Shown here: positions 14,207 to 26,045 of the stretch, piece after piece
Layout of the letters: every line of letters starts with the position of its first letter
Position numbering within the stretch: position 1 is the first letter of the stretch
Source: Tubiluchus corallicola
Lineage: Eukaryota > Animalia > Priapulida
Assembly: GCA_030141605.1 (NCBI GenBank)
Contig: JAQGDQ010000447.1
Span: forward strand, 129,231 to 193,230
Direction of reading: 5' to 3'
Length of the DNA stretch: 64,000 nucleotides
The notes under the pieces: model-generated
What the model was told of the DNA's origin: nothing
What the model saw: only the letters and a program-made list of their open reading frames with translations
Database searches by the model: none
Made by a program: the position numbers and the translations under genes

Positions 14207-14557
14207 TGTTACGGAGGCACCTGTGGCGGGTCAGGTGTAGGGCCCTCTACACGCCCTGCTTCCACGTAAGCAGCGACTCACCCCTTTCTTGTAGGTCCAG
14301 ACGTCTTGTTTGGGCCTACACGTGGTGTGAGAAGCCAGCTGACCTGGAATGCCAGTATAAAAGCGTGTAGAGGTCACTACAGCCCTGATTTCTGACACAG
14401 GTGCTCCTCGGGTGTAGTGCTCTTACTGAGTTAGTTAGTTATTTTTTGTGCACGTGTATTTTGGTCCCCTATTTTTTTATTAGTGCTGTTAATAAACTCT
14501 CTACAGTGCAGTTTTTGTGTATTTTATTTTATGAGAGTTAGATGACATGCTATAACA
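14207..14557 (+). mobile_element. Probable solo LTR
   Basis: TGTTA...TAACA termini, TATAAAA near 14357, AATAAA at 14491, GC-richer than its flanks. No TSD found. Confidence 0.6.
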
Positions 14558-15195
14558 GGTATATAGTACTAGTTTACAGACATTAATTTAGTTAATTAAC
14601 ATAGCATTTGTAATTAACATTAACATTTTTAATCAAGTATCGGTTACACAACGATTGTAAAATGGAACTTCATGATGCGAAATATCAAGACCGCCATGCC
14701 ATCTTGGAGTTCGACCCCCTGGGTCGAATTCAGTCCGATATTTTTGTATTAACAAAAACTGAATATCGATGCACATGTAATGTATATGTATATGTTTATT
14801 GTGAAATAAATCTATTAAATCTAAAAAAATTTGCTTATGATAATGTCCCTCCACTATCACACTGTCAGTGCAAACTGTAAAGGCACAAAATTTTGCTGGA
14901 GATAAAAATTATTTAAACGAATGAAATAAAAGTGTTATTTAATTTCATCGTCCATTTTGTTTTATAATTGCTACGATTATAATTCTAGCAGCGTGTTAAG
15001 TTTGACCCAGTACAATTATATGAACAATTGGCATGTAAAAGTACTTATTAAAAGTATTGTAGAATTAAAACATTACGGTCACTAACCAGGTTATAGCGTT
15101 TATAATGTGAATATATATATTCGCTTTCTATACACCGCCTACAGATATTCGTTCCAGCTTTTCTTATAAGGAAATAAAATTATAAAATTCTCAAG

Positions 15196-15202
15196 ATGAT
15201 GG
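15196..15202 (+). CDS. Exon 1 (coding part) of a novel secreted Arg-rich protein
   Basis: ATG ATG G|GTAAGT, a consensus donor in phase 1. TATA-like ATATATATAT at 15111. Confidence 0.6.
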
Positions 15203-15839
15203 GTAAGTGAAATTTTTGCATTTAATGGTTTTAGTCGGTGGCTTTTTGCAAAGAAAATGGAGAATCACCGGTTAATAAACTTGTAAGGTTTAATGTTGGT
15301 TCTGTAAAAATGTTTTTTTGTCGAACGTAGCAAAAATTAGACCCGCATTTTGCTCGTGTTTATGAAAAAGTGACAAATCAAATTTTCAAGCATCGCAGGA
15401 CTAAGTCTTGTAGGCCCCAGGACTCGACTTCCCAAGGTCTCTCCTAAAGCATACATAATAATATGTGAACTTCTCATGATTGGATAACCAATAAGTAATC
15501 AATAAGATGTAACCTATATGCTGTTGATGAGAATTGTTTTTAGTCATAATAAATTTGATTCGAATTTGAAATTTGATTTGTAAATTTAATGTGATTTTTG
15601 AAAAACTGAATCACTAAAGTTGTCAAAATTCACAAACATATTTTTCGTATTTCGGTTCAAAAAGGTCAAATTTGCCTATAGAATGGGATTGTGTAAGGTG
15701 TATTGTGATTTTGCAAAATAGTTATTCGTTTGTGATGTGAAAAATTTTGCGTGAAAAACTTAGGGCAGTTTGCTTTATGCTTTCAAAAATATATTTTAAT
15801 CGTTTATTTATGGCTGAGAGTTAGTACACTTACCCAGAA

Positions 15840-16110
15840 AGTCTTTTTCTCAGATTCGTTGTGCGCATGCGCAATTGCTGTAGGTCAAAGGTTAAGTGTA
15901 CCACAGCAACGCGTCTTAACTACAACCGTCGCATGGCAGGTGGGTAAAGCAAAGCTGTCTGTAAAGGCTCTAGCTAGTTGTTAAAACTGTTGCTATTACA
16001 ATACAATGGGCTGCGAGACGTTCTCAAGTGTACACAAATGCGTTGTCTGGTACACTTAACCTTTGACCTTTTCACGATCATCATCAATCGCTGAAAATGT
16101 GAAAAGCTTT
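15840..16110 (+). mobile_element. MITE family B, internally deleted and degraded copy
   Basis: Aligns with 54528-54898. Confidence 0.8.
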
Positions 16111-16375
16111 ATTGAGTTGAAATTTAACATGATGATTAGACACGGGATCCTTTGTTTATGGAGAAAAAATGTCGCAAATCGTTAATTAGCTAATTAATTA
16201 GTTGTTATGAACTTAATAAATTGGGAACGTAATTGTGAATTTAAATCTGGTTATTTACTAGAAAACTATTTATTAAATTAACGTTAACGAAGAGTTTTTA
16301 AAAGATGTAAAAATAAACTTCACGAAATTTCGAAAACTCTTAAGCCTTGCTATAGTAGCCGGAAGGCACCTTTGT

Positions 16376-16800
16376 TGGAATCCTTCTGTCTCGGAAGACA
16401 ATGGAGTGTGCGCCAAGAGAGTCAGTTATTGATCACATTGATGGAGCTGCAGCATTGACTGTGGCTGAGCAGTCCGATCCTTGAACGTCTCCAGGGCGCA
16501 CGCCTGGGCAAGGTGTATGGAGATCTTGAGTTGCCCAGACAACAGGGACCCCCTCTCTTCCTCCCTGGTGTAGTCCAAAGGAAAGCGGAGCGATACGTTT
16601 GGCACCAGGTTGGCTGCAGGAGTCAGTAAACACGCTGCACTGGTCCGCCTTCAGGGCTCCACTCTTGATTTGGAAGGTTTACTCCTCTACACATGGCCGT
16701 TGGGTCACTTGACCTCCTCCGCCCTCTAGACGTTGGCTGCTTGTGCAGCTCCTCCGCCTAGTGTCAAGATACAGTGTGGGCATCCCGCTAGCCTACTGTT
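16376..16800 (-). mobile_element. Degenerate LINE 3' fragment, inverted relative to 20810-21178
   Basis: Closely similar reverse complement of 20810-21178. The remnant TLETFKDR resembles the end of a LINE ORF2. Confidence 0.6.
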
Positions 16801-16957
16801 TTCAACGTGATTTGGCCGTAGTCAGATAATTTAGCACTTTTACGAGTATTGCTACGTGACAAATGGACGCTCATTCTGAAAGAGCCCACAAGCAGCTGTT
16901 CAATTAGATATGCCTGGGAAAATCTCTGAGGTTAATAAATCTTTATCTGTTGTTTAG

Positions 16958-17019
16958 GTGCCTTCGCAGAGAACTTATTCAGCTTCTTCCTTGTTGTTTG
17001 TGTTTGCTTAGCGAAGATG
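16958..17019 (+). CDS. Exon 2 of the secreted Arg-rich protein (signal peptide)
   Basis: Acceptor TGTTGTTTAG, (G)AFAENLFSFFLVVCVCLAKM, donor ATG|GTATGT. Phases 1 and 0. Confidence 0.7.
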
Positions 17020-17084
17020 GTATGTATAAAAATACAGACATACGTTCATTGTAATCCTGTGTTGTTGTAGAAAATTGTTTGTAA

Positions 17085-17518
17085 TTAACGAGCCTACTAT
17101 GGAACGAACTCTGTAATCAAACAAGCAATTCTACTTTGGAATTCTCTACCATTACAGGTTAAACAAATCAAGTCCCTATCAGCATTTAAAACAAAATTAA
17201 AATCACTAATATTAACCAGATATGAAATACCATCACACCAGCACGACAACATACACACTAATTCAGAATTCATATATCCACGGCCATATTAATTAAATCA
17301 TAGTTTTTTTTCATTTTTTGTGCATAGTTGTAAATATGTTTGATTTTATTCGTCGTTACTTTCCATTACTGCACAGTAGTTTAGATTGCACCGACGCATT
17401 TGCCTTTAGCAGTGTAAGTTTTTATTAACTAACACTGATTGATCATCTCTGTAAAGTTTTTATCAGTGATTATCAATTTATTTTAATGGCAAATAAAGAT
17501 TATTATATATATATATAT
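17085..17518 (+). mobile_element. L2/CR1-group LINE 3' end with (TA)n tail
   Basis: YGTNSVIKQAILLWNSLPLQVKQIKSLSAFKTKLK, then AATAAA and (TA)n. Near-identical to 27821-28465 (-). Confidence 0.85.
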
Positions 17519-17812
17519 GAAGCAAGTTTGAGAATGTTGTGGAGAACAAGAACAAAATCTGGCATCATGTCGAGAACGGATTTTAGTTCCTGGATCTCAC
17601 TTATTTCGTGTTTAGCTCAGAAAAGGTGGAAAAGTGGATGTATCAAACTAAATGTTTTATTCAAAAGGCTGTTCTCAAAATGTTTATTATTCATATTTGT
17701 TGCGCACTTTTGTGTTTCCTGTATGTCTTGTAAATGAATCTAACAAAAAATAAATTAAAACATCGTGATGTACTTATTTACATTCAATAACATAGCATAC
17801 ATAACGGCGTAG

Positions 17813-17988
17813 CAGTAAAGAGAACCTGTTAGACTATGTTAAAAGCATTAGGTTATGATAGATAATTATGTTGATGAATGCTGGTATGAAGCCAGTTAAG
17901 GAGTGGTGCCACCATTCGAGGTGTCGATGCTCCGCGCACGATATATAAGCCCTGTGATGCGCCCAGCTCAGGAGATGAGATTGAGCTG
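17813..17988 (+). mobile_element. Dispersed LTR-like repeat, partial copy 2
   Basis: Aligns with the copies at 705-1090 and 50783-51140. Confidence 0.6.
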
Positions 17989-18073
17989 CAAAAATACTGT
18001 TGTAAAAGTACTTCGTTCTTTACGGCTGCAAAAATAACGTTATAAAATGTTTATAGTTTTTTTTAAATTACAG

Positions 18074-18129
18074 GCATCTTCTGAAAAGGACAAGTATTAC
18101 AGGAACAAGAGCTACTTTCCGCTCAACCG
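18074..18129 (+). CDS. Exon 3 of the secreted Arg-rich protein
   Basis: Acceptor TTTTAAATTACAG, ASSEKDKYYRNKSYFPLN(R), donor CG|GTAATG. Phases 0 and 2. Confidence 0.7.
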
Positions 18130-18489
18130 GTAATGTGAGTTTAAGTATTAATAACAGCGGAAGGGACATTACTATGGTTGTGCGGGATTTTTAAAGCACA
18201 AGAAAACCCTCCACTTACATAAAGCTTACGTCTTGAAATTTTACACTGCTCACGTACTGCCTTTTTGCATGCAGGGCTTGCGTTGGCAGTAACGCTATAT
18301 AAAACCTGTAAATTTGAACTCCCTTGACGACCGTTAGACGCTCCATTTTGACGATAAATCGTTTGAAACAAGTTTAGATAACACTGTGTAGAGTTTGAAA
18401 AAATAATCAGAGCATTCGTGGCACACGTGCCACTAACTAAGTAAAATTTAAAATTACTGTATCTTTTCGATAGGATTAAAAATACGTTT

Positions 18490-18780
18490 TTGGTTAGTGA
18501 GTGGTGCACCCTGGAGAGTGAGTCAACGACATTTTACCATTTGATGAAAACATTTCAAATGATTATTAATTTTCTTTTTTAGTTATATAAGTCTTTCCGG
18601 ATAGTAAGCGAAAAGCTAAGCAATATAATTTTCCATAGAAAGTTTTTTGGGACATAGTTTAACATTTGCTTTTCTTCTCCTAATTTACATTGTGCGTATA
18701 TGACGTCATGTAATGGCGTGGTCGGAACAGTATTGCGGGAGATTTAAAATGAAAACAAACAAAAAATCCTTTCAACGCGG
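18490..18780 (+). mobile_element. Repeat family C copy
   Basis: Aligns with 13570-13835. Confidence 0.6.
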
Positions 18781-19155
18781 GTAAGATATACGCATAAAAT
18801 TGCTATAAAGTGATATAATTTTTAAAGCGATTTTTCTGAAACCTACTTCAGGTACCTCTTTTTCTTGTCCTTTAATGTTGTTTTTATTGTTGTTCAATAA
18901 TATTTGTTTTATTAATAATTGCTTGCTTGTATATAGTGTCATTATATTTCAAAATTGAAATTGTATATTGTGTCTCGTTTTTTGGTATATTTCAAAATTG
19001 AAATTGTATGTATGTCTTGTTTTTTTCTTGTATTGTATGTATTTTGACATTAATAAATAAACACCTAAATATCTAAATATCGGATGCACAATCTTAGCAA
19101 AGTATGAGTCATTAAATGTTTTATGTCTGGTTTCAATAAAGCTTGTTTTTTTAAG

Positions 19156-19492
19156 GGGACGAAAAATATCAAGATATGGTGTTGAGTACAACAAATATCT
19201 ACCTGTTAGAGAAATGGTGATAGGTGGCGCTGACTTCAGTAACTACATACCTGTTGACGAAGCAGTACCTGGAGAGATATTTTCACTTGAAAGCATAGTT
19301 GAAAAAGCTTTAGATGTCATCCCAAATAGAAGTGTTAATGCATTTGAGAAGCAACGTGTGAACAGGCCTCTTATTGCACCTCCTTTTGATGGTAGAAGAA
19401 GAAAGAGACACAGAAGAAGTAGAAGACGCAGCAGATACAAAAGGAAAAGAAGACGCAAACATGGAAAAAGACGATTCTCTATTTTGGATTAA
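19156..19492 (+). CDS. Exon 4 (terminal) of the secreted Arg-rich protein
   Basis: Acceptor TTGTTTTTTTAAG in phase 2, in frame with ORF 19214-19492. Ends DGRRRKRHRRSRRRSRYKRKRRRKHGKRRFSILD*. AATAAA at 19649 and 19749. Confidence 0.75.
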
Positions 19493-19630
19493 GATAAAAA
19501 AATGAAGCTGTAACACTTTCCAAATGAAATTAACCACTAATTATTTTTTGATTGATTTTAGTAACAAACTATTTTAAATGAGTTTATAATTGCTTACAGA
19601 TCATTTTATTTTGTTGCAGCAGCACTTCAA

Positions 19631-19840
19631 ACTAAAAATATATATATTAATAAACTTATAAATGCACACATCATGATTGCGCCGCTAATCTGCTTGTGCT
19701 GTCAGTAGTGCCATCCGCCGGCAGAAATTACTACTAAAAACTTATATTAATAAACTTATGAATGCAGAAATCATGATTGCGCCGCTAATCTGCTTGTGCT
19801 GCCAGTAGTGCCATCCGCCGGCAGAAATTACTACTAAAAA
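19631..19840. repeat. About 100-bp tandem duplication, each unit carrying AATAAA
   Basis: Two near-identical units. Confidence 0.9.
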
Positions 19841-20809
19841 TTACAAATTGATACTATTTGCCGTAGTATCAATTAGTGGCCTTTATAATGTCAAACCTGC
19901 TCCGAAATTCGTTGTTTGCAATGTTTGAACTGTATAATAAATAAAATAATATTTTAACACTGAAAGGTGCAAGCTGACGATAAGTTCACTTTCGTATCGT
20001 ACACTTGCGCCATCTATACAGCAAAGTAATAATCAAAGGTGCAATTAAAGAAAAGAACAAGTCACATACTATGTTGGGTTCAATTTACTGTTATCACTTT
20101 AACTTTTAAAAATATAATAAAGAAATTTGCAAAGAACTGTCTGTAAAGCATAAATTTAAAATACACTACATCTGAATAGAAATTTTCAGACGCGGTGGTT
20201 CCTGCCATTCACTTGTAAATCATGACGTAACTGGGAAACTTCGTGGCTTTTCGTAAGCGCATCGTGGCTTTCCGTGAGCGCGCGCTGCTTAAACTAATTC
20301 ATACTTCCGCAGCTTACTTAATATTTACCCCAAAAGCTTACAAAATAGTATCTAATTTTTTTAATCACTTTTTATACATTTGATGAAGATTGACGGTGTG
20401 CTACTTTTCTTCAAGACAAATGACGTCATTGGAAGAAGAATGGGTATTAAAAATGGAAACGCTCAAGCATGAAATGATCTCGACTTTAAATTAATTTTAC
20501 TAATTACACGAGGCGCTTATTGCAGTTTTTACTACTAAATCTTTCTAACATTTTTCGCGAACATTGAAATGAGCCTAAGTTCCTAGAAGGCTTGACTTTT
20601 CCTTTAAGTCAGGGAGTTTTTAGAAAGAAAACTGTGGTAGGAATATTATTATTACATGAACGATGACAGAGTGCTACGAAATGAACAACTTCAAACAACA
20701 TTCTAATATAAGCATTGAGAGGCACAAAAAATGATAGTCAGTTCTTTAGCAGAGGCAGATTTACTGGACAATGATGACGACACTGATAATACAGACGTTA
20801 CCAAGATAC

Positions 20810-21178
20810 AAGACGGCTAGAGGGCGGAGGAGGTCAAGTGATCCAACGGCCATGTGTAGAGGAGTAGACCTTCTAAATCAGGAGTGGAGCTCCGAAGGCG
20901 GACCAGTGCAGCATGCTCACTGACTCCGGCAGCTCCTGCTGCCAACCTGGTGCCAAACGTATCGCTCTGCTTTCCTTTGGACTACACCAGGGAGGAAGAG
21001 AAGGGGTTCCTGTTGTCTGGGCAACTCAGGATCTCCATGCACCTTGCCCAGGCGTGCACCCTGGAGACGTTCAAGGATCGCATTGCGCAGCCACAGTCGA
21101 CCCTGCAGCTCCATCAATGTGATCAATAACTGACTCTCTTGGCGCACAATCCATTGTCTTCCGAGACAGAAGGATGCC
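20810..21178 (+). mobile_element. Degenerate LINE 3' fragment
   Basis: Inverted partner of 16376-16800. Confidence 0.6.
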
Positions 21179-21814
21179 AACAACAACCAAGATACAGTCA
21201 AAACGAAAAAACACAAATGAAAGACCGACTGTGTATAACATGATTGCTACCCTCTCTTTAATGAAGCCAACTATCAAAGGCATATTGGTTTATCTTACGA
21301 TAAACGCCAAGGCATTGTTTATACGTTGCATTAACCCTGCTGCTTATTACAGCGCATCAACTGAAGTCATTAATCTTTAAGTGGAGTAGGAAACCACTTT
21401 GTCAGAATAGCGCACTTTGTATTTTATATGAAGTTTTATGCGAAGCGACTCTGCGGCGAAATTACTCAAAGCCGGAGAGCAGGGAAGCCAAAAGAGCAAG
21501 CTTGCAATGTTGAATTTGCTTTTCACAGGTATTTCGTCTTGGATTCCCAAGGGACGTACGCTGGCGTGGATGAAAAACCATAAGTTCGCCTTGCATTGAC
21601 CATTATCGTAGTTCAGTTTCAATGATATGAAAAAAGAAGCCATTTACAACTAGAAAAGAAGCCAACAAAAAAGAAGCCATTTACTACTAGAAAAAGAAGC
21701 CAACAAAAAAGAAGCCATTTACAGCTTGAAAAAATTATTTGTTATTGCATATACCTGTAGTCAAGATATCTTCTGTTAATAATGAGTGCTGAATAATTTA
21801 ATAATTAGGCCAAC

Positions 21815-22399
21815 GTTTACAATACCCCACACAAGCAAGAAATTAGAGTTAGGATTAGGATTAGGGTAAAGGGTTTGTTTGTGTGTTTGTTGTTTGTTTA
21901 CGTATTTCTTATCAACACAAATAGACAATTAATACATTAAAAGAAACAAAGTTATCAACAAACAGTAGGATACATAATAGGAAGCAAATTTTGGAAAAAA
22001 TAATTTAAACTGTCTTTAGACGTAGGTCAACCTATGGTAAACAACGTTATGTACAGGGTAGGGTTAGGGTTAAGTTAAGGTTAGGGTTAGGGTAGGGCTA
22101 GGGCTAGGGTTAGGGTAGGGTTAGGGTTAGGGTTAGGGTTAGGGTAGGGTTAGGGTTATGGTTAGGGTAGGGTTAAGTTAAGGTTAGGGTTATTGTTAGG
22201 GTTAGGGTTGCGTTAGGGTTAGGGTAGGATTATGGTTAGGGTTAGGGTAGGGTTAGGGTTAGGGTTAAGTTAAGGTTAGGGTTTGGGTTAGGGTAGGTTT
22301 AGGGTATCGTTAGGGTTACGGTTAGTGTTAGGGTTATGGTTGGGGTTTGGGTTAAGTTAAGGTTAGGGTATTGAAATTATGAGGGGAATTGCAAACTCC
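21815..22399 (+). mobile_element. TIR element carrying a degenerate (TTAGGG)n core
   Basis: GTTTACAATACCCCACA...TGAGGGGAATTGCAAAC inverted ends. Telomere-like repeats at 22057-22370. Relatives at 4455-4530 and 31635-32418. Confidence 0.65.
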
Positions 22400-22580
22400 T
22401 CCCAGAAATTAATTGAAAAAATAAAAATTCTTAATAAAAGACATTATAAAATCTTGTTATATGTTCTTCTAAGCAGTCCTACTGTGCTCATTAATTCCAT
22501 AGCATGGCTGTATCTACGAAGTTTTGCTACCCATTGTTACGTATAATCCTATTATTTTCACTAACTGGTTGGGTAATATA

Positions 22581-22844
22581 GGTTTTGCATGTCAAATGTA
22601 GACCTACGTTAAGTCAAATGTAGATTTAGGTAATTCAAATGTGTTAACAATGGCTTTCAACAAATCTTGAGCACTTTTGGTAAGTCAGATGTAGACACAT
22701 GTCAAGTCAGATGTCCTATGTCTACATTTGACTTACCCAAGTCACATTTGAGTTACCAAAACACATTCGAAATTCCTATGTCTACATTTGACTTACCTAA
22801 GTCACACTTGAATTTTCCCGTGTCTACATTTGACGTGTAAAACC
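22581..22844 (-). mobile_element. MITE family A, short copy
   Basis: Both TIRs present with TATA flanks. Confidence 0.9.
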
Positions 22845-23269
22845 TATAGTGGTACAGGTTCACGAATAAAATTTTTCGTAAACATCCTTCCTTGCAGTTT
22901 CTCTGGTTTCCATGAATTTCTACGACTCAATAAAAATATTTTCCACGGTTCAAGGCTTACAAGATGAGTTTAGAAATATGTGCTGAATTTCATAATACTT
23001 CCGTAAAAATTAGAACAATGCAGAAGCTAGTAAAGGTTTTACAAAACCTGAGAGGAACATTTTTGCTGTTTAAAAATATGTTTGTTTGTGACGTCATTAC
23101 TAGCTGCACTCGCCCGCCGTTAATTAAGTTTTTATCTTATTATTTAATTATGAGAAATGCTTTGGCGTTATTATATGTGTTAAAATGTATATTTTACCGT
23201 CCTTCAAAGCAGGATAGGATATGAAAAGTCGTCCTGTTTTGCTTTAACATTTGTCTCTTACAAATATTC

Positions 23270-24140
23270 TGTCAGGTTTCTATGGCTTGTTGAAGACCAT
23301 CAGGTAGACCACTGGACTATCATCAGGTAGTCTAAGCATATGTCCAATCCATCTTAAACGGCGTCTTTTTATTTTTCTTGTCCAAGGTTCTTCTTTTATT
23401 TTTTCATATAGATCTTTGTTTGAAATTTTCTTTGGCCATCTAATACCCAAAATGTTTCTGTAATTTCGCCTTTGAAACGCATCGATTTCAGCTTTATGAT
23501 TTGCTTTTAATGTCCAGAGCTTAGAATTATACAGAAATACAGTTTCAACTAAGGCTGAGAATATTCTAATTTTTGTTTCCAAAGATCATCATCTCTCGAG
23601 TCACACGTCGTTTGACATGACCCTCCTGATCACTTTACTCCATGCTGCCCTGTCACCCGCAACCTCCCTTGTCTCTGTATTTTTGATATCTAATGATGTG
23701 TTGATAAGATCTTTTTGGATGAAATTGATGTAAGTCAGCAGCTGTCCTCCTTGCGGTTTCTTCTCTTTCCGAAGAATCATCATCATCATCATACGCCCGT
23801 CACGTCTATTGTAGACATTGGGCAGTGTCATCATCCAATGAATCATACGTCCAAGGACATGATTCTGCGCACCTCCCTATGCCAGGACTCCCTACTCGCT
23901 GCATTTATTTCTAAGGATCAATGCTGAAGTGTTTAAATCTTTCCGTGCAAAATCTAAATATGTTAACATTTGTCCTCATGCAGGTTTGTTAGCTGGTTCC
24001 ATGGCTTGTTGAAGAGCTATTTTCACTGGAACATCATCAGGTAGTCTAAGCATATGTCTAATCCATCTTAAACGGCGTCTTTTTATTTTTGTCCAAGGTT
24101 CTTCTTTTATTTTTTCATATAGATCTTTGTTTGAAATATG
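23270..24140 (-). mobile_element. Rearranged fragments of an RTE-clade LINE 3' region
   Basis: KIRIFSALVETVFLYNSKLWTL...WIGHMLRLPDD, partly duplicated at 23955-24140. Also DRAAWSKV and an (ATG)n-tailed piece. Confidence 0.85.
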
Positions 24141-24609
24141 AAATTGGGCAGTGTACATCTACAGTGTAAAATGGCAATATGCATACTCTTTCCTCCATGT
24201 GAAATTTTCGAAGTTTATTGTTTACACTAATCCAATCCAATCCATCACAATACACGTGAGTCAAAAACACTTTCACGTGTTTGTTGTCTGGCAGTAAAAA
24301 GCTTATAGCGCTGTCTCTGAATTTGTCTAGTGTGCGTGCCTGCTAATAAACCTGTAATTACTCTTATACAAAAGACGAAAGCAGGGATTTGTACATGCTG
24401 CTAACACGAAAATGCTAACATGGAACCTATCTAGTTCTAACAAAAATACAACCACAGATCAATATGTATGACGCCATTAAAAGGTTTATATAAGTTCGTT
24501 ACTGTTATGTTATCAATCTTGCTACTTTTTATTAGAAGGTGCTATATATAGGTATATAAAAATTTCTAATTATAATGTATATTTTATGTGTGTAGAACTA
24601 ACCTAATAA

Positions 24610-25365
24610 ATGATGATGATGATGTTCGTCCTTCGAATCGAAGATGGCCATAGTGACAGGGATAAAAGGTCAGTTTGGGGGGGGGTGTCATTCCTTTGAT
24701 GAGCTCGAAGGTGACTGATTAGGCCAATTCTGACCTGGAAACTTCTTTGGCATTTGGCACAGGCGAGGCTGGGTGTTTGGACCTGTTGTTGGGCAGTGTC
24801 ACATGCCTTGCGTCTCCTGCGCTTCTCCTCTGCCTCCTCAATTCTTTTCGCCTCTGCTGTCTTAGCCCCTGTGGTGATGGCACTCCGCCATGCTGAGCGA
24901 TCTTGTGCAAGGGTTTCCACTGAGCGAATAGCCATGCTGAGCTCCTTGAGTGAGTCCTTCAAGCTGTCTTTGAAGCATTTCTCTGGTCGTCCAACCTTTC
25001 TCTTTCTAGACACAAGTTCTCCATAGAGCATCTTCTTTGGTATGCGGTTGTCTGGCATGCGAATCACATGTCCTGCCCACCGTGTTTTAAGGAGGAGTGT
25101 ATGGATGCTGGGGAGGTCAGCTCTTTTAAGTACCTCTGTGTCTGGCACCTTGTCCTGCCACTTGATGTGCAGGATTTTCCTCAGACAGCCCGTGTGAAAG
25201 TAGTTAAGCTGTTTTACGTGTCTCCTATATAATGTCCAGGATTCACTGGCATAGAGGAGAGTGGTGATGACGACAGCTCTATACAACTTCAATTTTCTTA
25301 TGGTTCTGATGCCTTTCCTGTCCCATACGTTGGAGTGGAGTCTTCCAAATGAACCACTAGCCTTA
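24610..25365 (-). mobile_element. RTE-BovB-like LINE, 5'-truncated 3' end
   Basis: KASGSFGRL...TTLLYASESWT...RWAGHVIRMPDNRIPKKMLYGEL...AQDRSAWR...CAKCQRSFQVRIGLISHLRAH, followed by an (ATC)n tail. Confidence 0.92.
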
Positions 25366-25725
25366 AAAAATAATAAATATATAACCTAATGAATATTACA
25401 TGCATAAAACACTATCGTCCGCATATGACATATTGTAATTTTCTGCCCGCTTTTTTTCGCGGTAAATTTTTTAACACTTTACCTCAACTGTCAGCCAAGG
25501 TGTATCACGTAATTGATTTTTCTGGAATTTTCTCTCCAGCTAATGTATTTAAAGAAACTTGGTGTGTTACTTATATAAATGAGAATTTTGCATGTTTACA
25601 TACGATTCTCCTTCACAATTTTCAATCCATGTTAAATAATAAACATTGGTGAATAATGCCCATGCACCTTTCTACGTCTTCTTTGCTTTTCAATAATAAA
25701 AGTCGATTAATTCGACCACCCACAT

Positions 25726-26001
25726 GGTCGCGTTCACATTTGCTGGGTCGCGTTCACATTTGCTGGGTCGCGTTCACATTTGCTGGGTCGCGTTCACATT
25801 TGCTGGGTCGCGTTCACATTTGCTGGGTCGTGTTCACATTTGCTGGGTCGCGTTCACATTTGCTGGGTCGCGTTCACATTTGCTGGGTCGTGTTCACATT
25901 TGCTGGGACGCGTTCACATTTGCTGGGTCGTGTTCACATTTGCTGGGTCGTGTTCACATTTGCTGGGTCGCGTTCACATTTGCTGGGTCGCGTTCACATT
26001 T
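25726..26001. repeat. 20-bp minisatellite GGTCGCGTTCACATTTGCTG, about 14 copies
   Basis: Seen directly. Confidence 0.95.
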
Positions 26002-26045
26002 AGTGAGGGTTGAGCTTTTCTGATGGAAAAGAGGCAAAAGACAAT

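Noticed and set aside
21377-21643. Possible Tc1/mariner transposase relic (FWLPCSPALS, compare WPxxSPDLNP)
   Set aside because: A single weak motif with no TIRs or other catalytic motifs seen.
22057-22370. True telomere or chromosome-fusion site
   Set aside because: Degenerate, in a single orientation, and enclosed by the termini of a dispersed element.
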